From assembly GCA_964187785.1 (NCBI GenBank), contig OZ076409.1, positions 96,784,001-96,848,000 on the forward strand: a stretch of 64,000 nucleotides of DNA. Direction: 5' to 3'. Made by a program: the position numbers and the translations under genes. Positions 49,251 through 63,536 of this stretch are shown piece after piece. The notes below the pieces were generated by a model. It was not told the DNA's origin and searched no databases. It saw only the letters and a program-made list of their open reading frames with translations. This DNA is from Amphiscolops sp. MND2022 (lineage: Eukaryota). Numbering within the stretch: position 1 is the first letter of the stretch; each line of letters starts with the position of its first letter.

Positions 49251-50011
49251 TTATTTTTATCTAAACCTTTATATCTTTGCAGATTTTGTGAAACTTTATT
49301 TCCACCAATCGACTGGTGTAGTGACTGGTATGAGTAGTTTGTTGGTTGCTTTTGTTGCACTGATCTACTGGGTTAGTGGCTGGTATGGGGTTTCGTCCTT
49401 TCGTTGCAGGCCACGGGTGTGTGTCTTTTCCCCCAGCAAGGTGACACTCATGGTACTTGATTGATGGCGGCGATCCATGATAACCCGATGGTGGAAAAAA
49501 TTGAAAAAAACTTTTAAGACGTAAACGTATGTGTACCTCTTAGAGTATAGAACGTGCTTCGACATCGTCAAGTGCTTGGATGAACGTCGTTGTCACATGG
49601 ATATCAAATGTCCGTTTCTTGCTTGAAGCTGTCATGAGGTAAAAGCGGTAATTGCAATATTTCTAATTTTGAAAGTGAGGAAAAATGTCAATGAGTTTAA
49701 TCGTTTTATGAAAACTATATACTTCGTTACCTATAAACGAGAAAAATATAAAGTATTTGGTAAACTAAAAAAGCTTCTTCATAAGTTTATGATAACGCAG
49801 GTCCACGCAGCCTGGTGGTATGTGCAAATTTCATATACAAAGTCTGGTTTGCAGGAAAGTGGTATTAGGACCTGCGTTTTTTGCACAATTTGTAAAAACC
49901 GTACAGATAGAAATATAACAATAGCTGATACTAAATGGTTGCCCACTTGAAATGAGCCTTTAATGACAAACTTTATGGAAATGTTTGTGTGTAGTGGCTA
50001 CCATTATTGTA

Positions 50012-51400
50012 TCATGACAGCGTCCACTCCTCAACTATCGTTCCTATGGAAGAGTTGGTGATTCTTACAGGTTTGCGGGATCGTGACCGTTTGCTGCAGA
50101 GAATTGCACATTTTTTGAGCGCGAAGCTGACTTTTCTGTGGATGTAGGTCATGACGTTGGCGTACGGTTCATCTCGCTTTTCGCATATTTTCGCGGCGAA
50201 TCGGGTCATTACCCGCATTGCACATGGACCCGTACCTCCGGAGCAAGCGTAAACCAACGGTAGAAATGTGGCGTTTTCCACTTTGCGTATACGAACCTCG
50301 TACTTCAGCTCCTCCAACTGCTCGTGATAGCTGAACGAGTCTTTCAGAAATAGCAGGCAATTTTTTCAGCGAACTGAAACTGTTGACATCGAAAAGATCT
50401 TACTGAAGCCAGACACCATTCGTTATGATATCTAACCTAGCTTCATCTTCGGTGGTCGTTAATTTTTTGTTAAAGGTCTCTCGTCTTCTACCTTCTGGAG
50501 ATTTGGTTTCGTTTCGACATCGTAGCTGATTCCGCTCCAAAGCATAGCAAATGTGTCTCTGACTTCATTGTGTCTGATTTGTGTTAAAACACCTTTTGGG
50601 GAATGCAGTGCGTGCGTTACATTGAATGTTTCTTTGCATGCGCAGTTAGAATGCTCGTTTTTGGAATTGAATGCATATCTAAGAGCGATATCACCTGAAC
50701 TCAGACTTCGTGAGGTTGACTTTATATCTCTTTATTGGCAGAGCGGTTAACCTATTGGATTACCCTTTTTCTGAGGCACGATCGAGACAATGTAATTCTT
50801 CAGTTGAAAGTTCTTTGATTTTTTTCCTCACAGATCGAGTCGAGTTTCGTTTTTGAGTTCTTGTATTAAGTTTATTTGAATTTCTTGGGCATCAACAGTG
50901 CTTTTATCTATAGAAAAATGCACACACTCTAAGGGGTATTCGCTACAAAGAACAGAGGTGAGCAACAGACTCAGGCCCTTCTTTATCAATGATTGTTTCG
51001 TTCATCAATTTGGGAACAACTTCATCTATTAAAAGTATCGATTTCTTCCAGAAACGTCTCGGTGTTTGACGTTTTGCGAGTGATGAAACTGAGTTTGTGT
51101 TGGACAGCATTCGTGATACTTTTATACATTCTGAGGCGATGTCTTAGTGTGTTTTGTTGATTTCTTTAGTAAACTGACATGTCCTTAAAGTTTTGTTTTC
51201 CCTCATTCGAAGTTGGGGCTTCTAATTATTCTCGCTGTTGCAGGTAACTACTTGTCAGAACCATCATGATCAGGGAATTTCCGTTTGATTTCATCAAAAA
51301 CAAGCCTTACGCATGAAGCATCAGTAATATTTCTGCCATGGTAACTGAATTCAAGGTCACCAATTGTTATTGCACTCCGAAACAATGTCGCATTTTCATT
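50012..51400 (-). mobile_element. Decayed RLE-type non-LTR element, second family
   Basis: TFLPLVYACSGGTG...VSFALKKCAILC resembles CRE/NeSL-type C-termini; upstream sequence is degenerate. Confidence 0.6.
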
Positions 51401-51627
51401 CCGAGATGGAGTGAGTTCCATTTTTTTCTGCTATCAGATATCATGGATCTTCGTCATCAATCAAGTTCCATGTGTATCATCATGTTGGGGAGAAAACACA
51501 CACCCGTGGTCTGCAACGAAATTAGCTAACCCCATACCAGCCACTATCGCAGTAGACCGGTAGAAAATTTTTTTATAGCTGTAGTGATATAGAGGTGTAA
51601 AAAAATTATGTATATGTAATTAAATTC

Positions 51628-54600
51628 TTAGAACGCATCACTGTCGCTCAGAGTTTCTAGAACACAGGCCGCATTGCCAATTTGAAGAGCTATTGAAATC
51701 CGTGGCTTCAAAAAGTTGCCAACTTGTTGATCGTCGTACAAACGACAGAGCATTTTACAGAGACGCGTGATGAAAATTTCAATGCTCTCGCGTAAAGAAC
51801 AGTGTACTTCCATCGCCACTGGTTGAAAAACATATCCAATGTCTATTATTTCGCCATAATTCTCAGTTTTACGCGCTTCAGCCTCGTGGCGGTGGTTCCC
51901 GGATTGAATTAAGAGCCTTGATTTAGACGGCTGGGTGCAAGAGCATCCACGAACTTGACATCGCACTCCAGCTGTTTACCCATTTCCCAAGGAACCATGG
52001 TAACACCGTCTGGGCGTTTGCCATCAGTTCGGTAAAATCCACGCGGTTCGAGCACTGAAGGCAAGTCGAGAGATCCCAATGTCTGCTTTTTGAGAGAATT
52101 GAGAGTAGCATGACGTGAGAAGCGACCAGCACTCTTGGTGCATGAAAGACCGTGTAAACCGTCCCGCAGATGTTGGCTCCGAGACTCAATGCAATTGAAA
52201 TCCGAAGCTGCTGATAATCAAGTTTCAGGCCTAGGTTTTTGCAAGGAACGACGATCAGCGATTGAGACCCGAACTTGCCTTGATGAGCGTTAAAAACTTC
52301 CGAACGTTTGTCATCCATTCTAGAAATCAAATCTTGGGCGGCTTTGACGTAGACAGGTTGTGTCCAAGTTTTCTGAGTTCCATCGAGAGGACTTTCCTAA
52401 TCATTCGTTAAACTCAACCATTTCTCAAGCGCTTTTGTAAGCGAAACATCTTCAAATGTTTCCGAGAAAATCGTGGGGAGAAAGTCACTCGCACCAAACG
52501 TTGAGGCCAGAAAGGCAGGAAGTGCTAATAATGATTCGGATGAAACCCGCAACACCACCCATCTCAGCGGGCAGAGCCAGCTGAGTCCTCGAAATATCGC
52601 CGAAGTTCACGTTACACACTTTGAAAAGCCCGTCGCGTACGGTTTTGTCGTTTTTTTCCATGAAAACTGGATGATTAAAAGATGAACTGGTTCTCAGGAA
52701 GTAAAGCAACTGTGGCAGACTGAAGCAATTTTGTGCAATTTTGTGCACATAAAAAAACCATAGTGCGCATCTAGTTTTTCATCAATTCTTTATTTTGTTC
52801 CAGTTCATTTGTTTGCTTTCCATCAAGTCTGTTTGTGATTTCGGGCCGAGCGGTGAACCAAGAATGACAAGTTCATCTATCTTTGATGTTTTGATCCCGG
52901 GGCAAAGTTTTTAGAGAGATGCTGAAATTGTCGATCGTTGTTTTTCTGTGATGTCACCAAGGGCAAAATTTTCGCATTTTGCTGTTTTAATTTTGAGTCC
53001 CAGCGTGCTTCAACAATTTTTTTGAGATCTTTCAAACGGTTCTGTAATCATCACCTAAATTTTCATCGTCAAGGTACCATAAGTGTATTTTCGACTCCAA
53101 ACTGTCAATCAGATCCTGAATGGAATCCGAAAAAAACTGGAGACTCAGTATCTCCTTGCTGAGTCCCTTCACAAGATTTGATTACTGAATTACCGTAAAA
53201 AAAAGAAAATTTGTCTGACAGTACTTATAAATTTCAGGCAGAATTTCAAAAAAAATTCTAGCATGAATTGTCGGTTTATCGAACTGAAAACGTTTTCGAA
53301 GTCACATTTCAAAACTACGTTTTCTTTGGGCTAGGGGTTTTCTATCAAACAACGGAAAATGTGAGAGGCCAATTCAGCGGCCCTTTTGGTGCCTACACCT
53401 ACTTGTCGGTTTTCATATCTTGCTTGATGCGATTCGAAGACATGATATCCGGCACATTTTGCGGACAACCGGCGGAAAGTATTGCTATCGGACAACCATC
53501 GAACTTTTTTTAGCGCAATTAGTTTCGCAACAAAGAAGTACGGCTGAAGTTCAAACGTACTTTTCCTTCGAGAATCATATTCACAAGATTTTTTGAGGCT
53601 CTGAGAAAATTCAGTCCAGTTTGCCCGTTCGACTTGGCAGTCAAATCTATTAAGGTTGGTGCGAAATGCCATCCAACCCTGCACTAGAGCCGTTGGGGAA
53701 AGACATGAGAGCCTTGTGGACAGAAAACTCCGAGGTTGAGAAACAATCGATATCTGTAGGTGCGGAACAGAGCAATTTTCCCTCTGCGGATGTTTCAGCT
53801 TGAGGGAGGCGTAATTGTCGACCATTACGTCTGCAATCTTGACGTCGCCTACTGCCATTCCGATTCCGGCCTTACCATTAGCTTCGTCTAATTTAGTGCA
53901 AATGGAACGCAGTCGTCGATCAAACTCGCTTTTTTGCTGCTGTTTTCTGTCGCGTTCCGGTTTTTTCTCAATGACACCATCCTGAATACGTTTGTTGATA
54001 ATTGCACTGAGTGATTACCTCTGACGTTCAACTCCTCGAGGTGGTTTCTCCAAAAAACAGCTTAGAGAGGAGAGCAGTAAGCACCACAAGGCAATATTTG
54101 ACGGGGTTTCACAAATATCCATAATTTTGGGTATCAAGTTTTCAGATAGGCGGATCCGTGAGTTTTTAGGAAATCTTTTCAAGTGAACAACGCATGAATT
54201 AAAAAGGGTGTCTGGTCTAAAGTTATCATCCTGACACTGAGGGATTGTGTTAACTAAAGAGCACCTACTAAATTTAAATTCGGCAAGGTTCCGGGCCTCC
54301 GTTCTTGATAAAAAGACGCATTTTATATGAACCCATCCCTTGCAAAGCCTACAATTTATCCAGTCTATCAACCCTGAGGGGGCTTCGGGCAATAAGTTCG
54401 ATTTACTAAGTTCGAATTTGAAGTAGTGCAGTAAGTTCGAATGGAATAGTTTCGAGACACCAAGTTCGAATTTTCATATCGGGCATATCCGGTGTATACT
54501 GGACATCCTTCACACAAGATCCTGAGAACTCCACCGCCGAGGATCTAAAGGAATCTGAAAATTGAAATGTGGGGCATATCCGGTACTTGCACGCTCGCCC

Positions 54601-54950
54601 TCACCGTCGCAAAGACCAGCTTCCACTACGATCGCTTCTCGATCTCCGTTCCCGCTAAATTTTTGCTCCTGTTTGACCTCGCTTAGCAAGATGGGAACAT
54701 AAGCGGCTCCAAGGGGCCGCGGGGCACTAGATGAAATGGGGAAATATCAGAGGCACGTTTTATATTTAGTTCAAAAGTCGAACACAGTGATTCGAACTTG
54801 TTCCGGTTTTTGGAAAATTCGAACTTCGTCCATTCAAATTAGAATTCGAACTTATGCGTTCGAACTTATTGCTGTGCCCCCCTGAGGGCTTCAAACACTT
54901 CAGAGCGTTGCAGGTTTCGTTGTTTTTCCACACAACTCAACCTTGAAACC
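51628..54950 (-). mobile_element. Decayed CRE-like non-LTR retrotransposon with N-terminal PHD-like finger, RT and RLE
   Basis: [61 protein letters not shown]; many frameshifts. Confidence 0.8.
54380..54879. mobile_element. MITE inserted in the PHD region
   Basis: TIR core GCAATAAGTTCGA; 8-bp TSD CCCTGAGG. Confidence 0.75.
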
Positions 54951-55871
54951 GGGTGGCTGTAAATAGGTCGAATTTTTTTGGTCGAAAGGACAGAGGTCGA
55001 ACCTTTTGATCAAATTGCAGGGATCGAATGGGGTAAATGGTCACTTGGCTTATGCCATTTGGCTTAAAGTCATTTGGCTTAAAACAATTGGTCACTTGGC
55101 TTAATTTTTTTAGGCTAAGTGTCTCGGGTATTGGTCACTTGGCTCGAAGTCATTTGACTTAAAACCACTTAGTTGAAAACACGTGGCAGATTTTGTCGAA
55201 TTTATCTTTATAACGTAGTCAGCGTGTTATTATAACATGTCATATCAAGTACCCCTCGGATATGTTCCTATTTCCTCTTGTGCCCTGCGGCCCCTTGGGG
55301 CCGCTTATATTCGCATCTTGCTAAGCGAGGTCGAACAGGAGCAAAGACTTAGCGGGAACGGATATAGCGAAGCAATCGTAGTGGTAGCTGGTCTTTGCGA
55401 CGGTGAAAGCGAGCGTGCATACACCGCATATGCCCCACATTATGATATTTCCGGGAGTTGACAGATTTATTCCTTGAGTTGGAATAGAGTTGGCTTAATT
55501 TTGTGGTCACTTTGCTTAAAATTTTCAAGCCGAATGACTCGACGAAAAAATTAGGCCAATAGGTATCAAGCCAAATGACTGGTAACCTCAAATGGAATGT
55601 AACCTAAAATCGAATTTTATTGTATTCGTTGTATGGCTCGGTCGCTTCGCTCCCTTCGCCAAGTAGCAACATTGAGGCATGACCATATGGCACGTCGCTC
55701 CGCTTCGCTTCGCTCCTGCATTCAGGGCACTAGGGGTATGTGAACATATCTGACTACGTTATAAAAATTTCGATCCGAGTTGTTTCGATCTCATTCAAAA
55801 ATTTGGTATGTCGGCCTGAGGACTAACTCTGATTTTCGATCCCATTCCATCGACCTATTTCCGCCCACCCC
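54951..55871. mobile_element. MITE (GGGTGG...CCACCCC) containing a nested second MITE at 55032-55587
   Basis: Outer TSD ttgaaacc/tttaaacc; inner TSD tcgaatgg/tcaaatgg; uninterrupted inverted copy at 57847-58196. Confidence 0.75.
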
Positions 55872-57846
55872 TTTAAACCTAACCAATTGCAGGATTACCA
55901 CGTTTGGGTGTGTGCCAATCTCCCAAAAAAAATATCAACAGTGAAGCAATCCGTATATGGAACAAAACCTTGAATTGATAAAATGAAATTTTAATGGAAC
56001 TATCTCATCGGGTTGTGATGAATCTTTCAGCCCAAGAGCAGCGTCAAACCAACAAAACAGCGTTACGGATGTCCAGTTGTTTCAAATTCCCTTCTCTGAA
56101 GCTATCCAACAAGTCCATCACAACATTTAGACTTACTTTTGAATGAACTTCATTGGCTTCCTGTTGCAAAAATCAAGTTCAAAATCGTATGCTTCGTATA
56201 CCGTCATTATAATGACTTGCCTTTCACAGGTTCACAGGTTCTTTTCTGATCTGTAGGCCACAGCCTCTGTCGATCAGCTCTTTCATGTGAGTCCATTTCT
56301 CACAAGGAACTCGGTGTTGAACATTTTGTGTTCCCAGTGTCTGTCTAAACTTCGTTTGAAAGCGTTTACGTTGTCACAGCGCACAACTGTTTCTGGCAAT
56401 AAATTCCCATCCGCTGCTGCAGCGACAGCAAAAAAGTTCTTTCTAATTGCTAGTCTCGGTTTCTTTGTCTTCAGCTGGTAAGGGTTACCTCTGGTCTCTC
56501 TTTCGTTCAATTCGAATAACCCTTCAGTCGCTTTCCTGACGTAACATTCATTTAGTATTTTGTGAACCCCAGTCATTCTACCGCGCCGTGTTCTGTACTT
56601 GAGAGTTGGAATATTTAATTCATTTAACCTGTCTTCGTAGCTAAGATTACCAATGCCGGGTACGAGTCTGGTTGCTCGCCTCTGGACACTTTCTAACATC
56701 AATATATGTTTCTTCAGATACGGTTTCCAGGACTGGTTGGCGTACTCTAGACGGGGTCTAACGAAAGTTTTGTACAGTGTTTTGAGGATGTCTGCATTAA
56801 TATTCAGGAAGCACTTTTTATTGATCGCTAAAATGCCATTAGCTGTTTTTGTTTTCTTTGAAATGTGTTCGGGAAAGGAGAGTTTTGTATCGAATATAAT
56901 TCCGAGGTCTTTCTCACTGTTAACCCCTATCAAGGGTGTTGTACCACCCAGGGATTACGTTCTATTTGATGATGTTGTTGTTAAACTCAGTGTAAACTGG
57001 TGACATTTTGTCAGATTGAACTCGAGATCACCGCCTTCTGACCACTTCTTCAACTTGTAAAGATCCTTTTGTAGTTCTTCCTGTTCTGCTAGGTTGGTGA
57101 TTGCTCTGTAAAATTTCGCGTCATCTGCGAAGTAGAACATTTTGGATGTTACGCCATTTGACAAGGAGTTGATGTAAAGAAGGAAAAGTATTGTTCCCAG
57201 GACTGACCCTTGGGGCACTCCACTTGTCACTACTGCCCACTGTGAGTGGTTCTCGTTTACTATGACTCCCTGTTTCCTTCCTGACAAAAAAGCAGTTATC
57301 CAATCGAGAGTTTTTCATCGAATGCCATAAAACTCAATGATTCTCAGTAGGCGTTTGTGGGGGACGCTGTCAAAAGCCTTCTGGAAATCGATATAGATAA
57401 TATCGACTTCATTGCCGGAGTCCAATTCTGGTGTCCAATCTTCAAGTGCCCTGAGCAACTGGTCCGGGGATAAAGCCAAGCTGCTGGTCAGATATGATAT
57501 GGTTCTGAACTAGGAAATTGATGATGCGCCTTCTGATTAGCCTCTCCATAATTTTGCAGCAGATTGCTGTTAGACTAATGGGTCTGTAGTTGTTAGGATC
57601 GTTTTTCGAACCTTTCTTGTGAATGGCAGAAATTTTGGCACGTTTCCAGTTTCGGGAAAGTTCTCCAGACTGCCAAGATTCCGTGAGAATTCTGGTCAAT
57701 ATGGGAGTTATCTGCCGGCGTGTCTCGTGTAATACTCGAGGATTCAGGTTGTCTGGCCCCATTGTTTTGGTAATGTTCAGTACCTCCAATTCTTTTAGAA
57801 TTTTCTCCTCAGTGATCACGAGATCATCTGAGATCTGAGTTGGTCG

Positions 57847-58196
57847 GGGGTGGGTGGAAGAAGGTCGAAGGAACGGGATCGAAAATCAGAGTTAGTCCTC
57901 AGGTCGACATACCAAATTTTTGAATGCGATCGAAACAACTCGGATCGAAATTTTTATAACGTAGTCAGATATGTTAACATACCCCTAGTGCCCTGAATGC
58001 AGGAGCGAAGCGAAGCCGAGCGACGTGCCATATGGCCATGCCTCAATGTTGCTACTTGGCGAAGGGAGCGAAGCAACCGAGCCATACAACAAATACGATA
58101 AAATTCGACCGCATTCCATTCGATCCCTGTAATTCGATCAAAAGTTTCGACCTCTGTCCTTTCGACCAGAAAAATTCGACCTAGTTAAACCCACCC
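57847..58196. mobile_element. MITE inserted in CR1
   Basis: TSD GTTGGTCG on both sides; termini GGGGTGGG/CCCACCC. Confidence 0.8.
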
Positions 58197-58498
58197 GTTG
58201 GTCGCCAATCAACTGGATTCCAGTCCCCAGGTGATTCTTTAGTGAAGATGGAGCTGAAAAATCCCGAAAGAGCCTCTGCTTTATCAGTGTCTGTCATTGC
58301 ACAAGTTCCGTCTTTAAGATTGAGGATAGGTATTGTTTCAGTTAGTTTCAGTTTACTATTTACATGGTTCCAGAAAACCTTCGAGTTAGACTTGACTTTG
58401 CTAGCGATTGCTTCTTCATGCTTCAAAGCATTGGTCCTTGTGATCTTCCTGACTTTATTCCTCACTTTACAGTAGTGTTCGTAGGCGTATTGTGTTCG

Positions 58499-58981
58499 GG
58501 CGGTGGGCGTTTGGATCGAATGATTTTGCGCGAATATGCAATCTGTCACTGAGATCGAAGTAAAATGGTCAAAGAAAATGAGATCGAATCCATGTTTTCA
58601 AATACCTAGCGTTTTCAAATAACAATGTTTTTGGCCGTCGGATATGCCCCCCATTTCCTCTAATGCCCCGCGGCCCCTGGGGGCCGCTTATGTTCCCATC
58701 TTGCTAAGCGAGGTCGAACAGGAGCAAAGACCTAGCGGGAACGGAGATCGCGAAGCGGTCGTAGTGGGCGCTGGTCCATGCGACGGTGAGGGCGAGTGTG
58801 CATACACCGTATATGATCCCATATTAGGTGGGGTAAACTACCTAAACAATTTTAAACGCTTTTAAACACTTTACAGGAGCAAAAACCTTGCAAAACCGGA
58901 AAAATTCGATCTCAAAACCTTCGATCCATAATCGATCTCGCTTTTCGCTCACACAAAAATTCGATCCAAAAATACCCCACC
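58499..58981. mobile_element. MITE inserted in CR1
   Basis: TSD TTGTGTTCG; TIR core TTTGGATCGAA; removal restores the CR1 frame (FCKDRTQYAYEHY). Confidence 0.8.
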
Positions 58982-61900
58982 TTGTGTTCGATCTTTACAA
59001 AAGATTTTGTAGCTTTTCTCTTTCTCTAGCATTGTTTGTAATAACTTCACACCAATATTGGTGTTCGGTTGTGTCTGTTTTGTCGAATTTTCATTTTTGG
59101 TACATGGTTCTCTGTGGCTTCATTCATCATATCCTTGAAAAAATTCCTTTGCCTATTCACCTGTCGGTACCGTTTTTTGAGGTATCAGCAACTTGATCAG
59201 TACGATCTGAGAAATTCCAGAGAACGAAAATTGACTGTCAGAATCACGAACAATACCTTTGGAAAACGATGATTCTGGGTATCAGGTGCTGAATTATGGA
59301 ATTCATTACCATATGATCTTATATTGAGCCCTTCATATGACACTTTCAAGCACGATTAAAGACATACCTATTCTGAACGCTTTGAGTGTTGAAAAAGCGT
59401 CAATCACAACTTTACCTTGATACCCGGGAAACACGTCCAAAGAGTCCCCCCCTTTGGTTTTTTTAAACGTAACCTACAAAACCGGACGGGACTAAATGTT
59501 CCTATTTTTCGATTGTTTCGGCTTTGTGCGATTTTTTTTTCGAATTTTTTGTCCACCCTTCGATTCTATTTGAGCCTTATATATATATATATATAGTCTC
59601 GTGTAATACTCGAGGATTCAGGTTGTCTGGCCCCATTGTTTTGGTAATGTTCAGTACCTCCAATTCTTTTAGAATTTTCTCCTCAGTGATCACGAGATCA
59701 TCTGAGATCTGAGTTGGACGGGGGTGGGTGGAAGAAGGTCGAAGGAACGGGATCGAAAATCAGAGTTAGTCCTCAGGTCGACATACCAAATTTTTGAATG
59801 CGATCGAAACAACTCGGATCGAAATTTTTATAATGTAGTCAGATATGTTAACATACCCCTAGTGCCCTGAATGCAGGAGCGAAGCGAAGCCGAGCGACGT
59901 GCCATATGGCCATGCCTCAATGTTGCTACTTGGCGAAGGGAGCGAAGCAACCGAGCCATACAACAAATACGATAAAATTCGACCGCATTCCATTCGATCC
60001 CTGTAATTCGATCAAAAGTTTCGACCTCTGTCCTTTCGACCAGAAAAGTTCGACCTAGTTAAACCCACCCGTTGGTCGCCAATCAACTGGATTCCAGTCC
60101 CCAGGTGATTCTTTAGTGAAGATGGAGCTGAAAAATCCCGAAAGAGCCTCTGCTTTATCAGTGTCTGTCATTGCACAAGTTCCGTCTTTAAGATTGAGGA
60201 TAGGTATTGTTTCAGTTAGTTTCAGTTTACTATTTACATGGTTCCAGAAAACCTTCGAGTTAGACTTGACTTTGCTAGCGATTGCTTCTTCATGCTTCAA
60301 AGCATTGGTCCTTGTGATCTTCCTGACTTTATTCCTCACTTTACAGTAGTGTTCGTAGGCGTATTGTGTTCGGGCGGTGGGCGTTTGGATCGAATGATTT
60401 TGCGCGAATATGCAATCTGTCACTGAGATCGAAGTAAAATGGTCAAAGAAAATGAGATCGAATCCATGTTTTCAAATACCTAGCGTTTTCAAATAACAAT
60501 GTTTTTGGCCGTCGGATATGCCCCCCATTTCCTCTAATGCCCCGCGGCCCCTGGGGGCCGCTTATGTTCCCATCTTGCTAAGCGAGGTCGAACAGGAGCA
60601 AAGACCTAGCGGGAACGGAGATCGCGAAGCGATCGTAGTGGGCGCTGGTCCATGCGACGGTGAGGGCGAGTGTGCATACACCGTATATGATGCCATATTA
60701 GGTGGGGAAAACTACCTAAACAATTTTAAACGCTTTTAAACACTTTACAGGAGCAAAAACCTTGCAAAACCGGAAAAATTCGATCTCAAAACCTTCGATC
60801 CATAATCGATCTCGCTTTTCGCTCACACAAAAATTCGATCCAAAAATACCCCACCTTGTGTTCGATCTTTACAAAAGATTTTGTAGCTTTTCTCTTTCTC
60901 TAGCATTGTTTGTAATAACTTCACACCAATATTGGTGTTCGGTTGTGTCTGTTTTGTCGAATTTTCATTTTTGGTACATGGTTCTCTGTGGCTTCATTCA
61001 TCATATCCTTGAAAAAATTCCTTTGCCTATTCACCTGTCGGTACCGTTTTTTGAGGTATCAGCAACTTGATCAGTACGATCTGAGAAATTCCAGAGAACG
61101 AAAATTGACTGTCAGAATCACGAACAATACCTTTGGAAAACGATGATTCTGGGTATCAGGTGCTGAATTATGGAATTCATTACCATATGATCTTATATTG
61201 AGGCCTTCATATGACACTTTCAAGCACGATTAAAGACATACCTATTCTGAACGCTTTGAGTGTTGAAAAAGCGTCAATCACAACTTTACCTTGATACCCG
61301 GGAAACACGTCCAAAGAGTCCCCCCCTTTGGTTTTTTTAAACGTAACCTACAAAACCGGACGGGACTAAATGTTCCTATTTTTCGATTGTTTCGGCTTTG
61401 TGCGATTTTTTTTTCGAATTTTTTGTCCACCCTTCGATTCTATTTGAGCCTTATATATATATATATATATATAGTCTCGTGTAATACTCGAGGATTCAGG
61501 TTGTCTGGCCCCATTGTTTTGGTAATGTTCAGTACCTCCAATTCTTTTAGAATTTTCTCCTCAGTGATCACGAGATCATCTGAGATCTGAGTTGGACGGG
61601 GGTGGGTGGAAGAAGGTCGAAGGAACGGGATCGAAAATCAGAGTTAGTCCTCAGGTCGACATACCAAATTTTTGAATGCGATCGAAACAACTCGGATCGA
61701 AATTTTTATAATGTAGTCAGATATGTTAACATACCCCTAGTGCCCTGAATGCAGGAGCGAAGCGAAGCCGAGCGACGTGCCATATGGCCATGCCTCAATG
61801 TTGCTACTTGGCGAAGGGAGCGAAGCAACCGAGCCATACAACAAATACGATAAAATTCGACCGCATTCCATTCGATCCCTGTAATTCGATCAAAAGTTTC

Positions 61901-63227
61901 GACCTCTGTCCTTTCGACCAGAAAAGTTCGACCTAGTTAAACCCACCCGTTGGTCGCCAATCAACTGGATTCCAGTCCCCAGGTGATTCTTTAGTGAAGA
62001 TGGAGCTGAAAAATCCCGAAAGAGCCTCTGCTTTATCAGTGTCTGTCATTGCACAAGTTCCGTCTTTAAGATTGAGGATAGGTATTGTTTCAGTTAGTTT
62101 CAGTTTACTATTTACATGGTTCCAGAAAACCTTCGAGTTAGACTTGACTTTGCTAGCGATTGCTTCTTCATGCTTCAAAGCATTGGTCCTTGTGATCTTC
62201 CTGACTTTATTCCTCACTTTACAGTAGTGTTCGTAGGCGTATTGTGTTCGGGCGGTGGGCGTTTGGATCGAATGATTTTGCGCGAATATGCAATCTGTCA
62301 CTGAGATCGAAGTAAAATGGTCAAAGAAAATGAGATCGAATCCATGTTTTCAAATACCTAGCGTTTTCAAATAACAATGTTTTTGGCCGTCGGATATGCC
62401 CCCCATTTCCTCTAATGCCCCGCGGCCCCTGGGGGCCGCTTATGTTCCCATCTTGCTAAGCGAGGTCGAACAGGAGCAAAGACCTAGCGGGAACGGAGAT
62501 CGCGAAGCGATCGTAGTGGGCGCTGGTCCATGCGACGGTGAGGGCGAGTGTGCATACACCGTATATGATGCCATATTAGGTGGGGAAAACTACCTAAACA
62601 ATTTTAAACGCTTTTAAACACTTTACAGGAGCAAAAACCTTGCAAAACCGGAAAAATTCGATCTCAAAACCTTCGATCCATAATCGATCTCGCTTTTCGC
62701 TCACACAAAAATTCGATCCAAAAATACCCCACCTTGTGTTCGATCTTTACAAAAGATTTTGTAGCTTTTCTCTTTCTCTAGCATTGTTTGTAATAACTTC
62801 ACACCAATATTGGTGTTCGGTTGTGTCTGTTTTGTCGAATTTTCATTTTTGGTACATGGTTCTCTGTGGCTTCATTCATCATATCCTTGAAAAAATTCCT
62901 TTGCCTATTCACCTGTCGGTACCGTTTTTTGAGGTATCAGCAACTTGATCAGTACGATCTGAGAAATTCCAGAGAACGAAAATTGACTGTCAGAATCACG
63001 AACAATACCTTTGGAAAACGATGATTCTGGGTATCAGGTGCTGAATTATGGAATTCACTACCATATGATCTTATATTGAGCCCTTCATATGACACTTTCA
63101 AGCACGATTAAAGACATACCTATTCTGAACGCTTTGAGTGTTGAAAAAGCGTCATTCACAACTTTACCTTGATACCCGGGAAACACATCCAAAGAGTCCC
63201 CCCCCTTTGGTTTTTTTAAACGTAACC

Positions 63228-63427
63228 NNNNNNNNNNNNNNNNNNNNNNNNNNNNNNNNNNNNNNNNNNNNNNNNNNNNNNNNNNNNNNNNNNNNNNNNN
63301 NNNNNNNNNNNNNNNNNNNNNNNNNNNNNNNNNNNNNNNNNNNNNNNNNNNNNNNNNNNNNNNNNNNNNNNNNNNNNNNNNNNNNNNNNNNNNNNNNNNN
63401 NNNNNNNNNNNNNNNNNNNNNNNNNNN
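63228..63427. other. Assembly gap (200 N)
   Basis: Run of N. Confidence 1.
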
Positions 63428-63429
63428 CG

Positions 63430-63536
<107 letters not shown>

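Larger units (their letters stand above)
56226..59420 (-). mobile_element. CR1-like LINE (RT region and 3' end), decayed and interrupted by two MITEs
   Basis: NYRPISLT, DFQKAFDSVPH, GVPQGSVLG, FADD, EKDLG, LESVQRRATR; short 8-bp terminal repeat caggttca at 56227-56241; 5' limit approximate. Confidence 0.9.
57722..63227 (+). repeat. Tandem triplication of a 1874-1878-bp unit; third copy runs into the gap
   Basis: Units start at 57722, 59596 and 61474; near-identical ORF sets; (AT)n at junctions. Confidence 0.95.
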
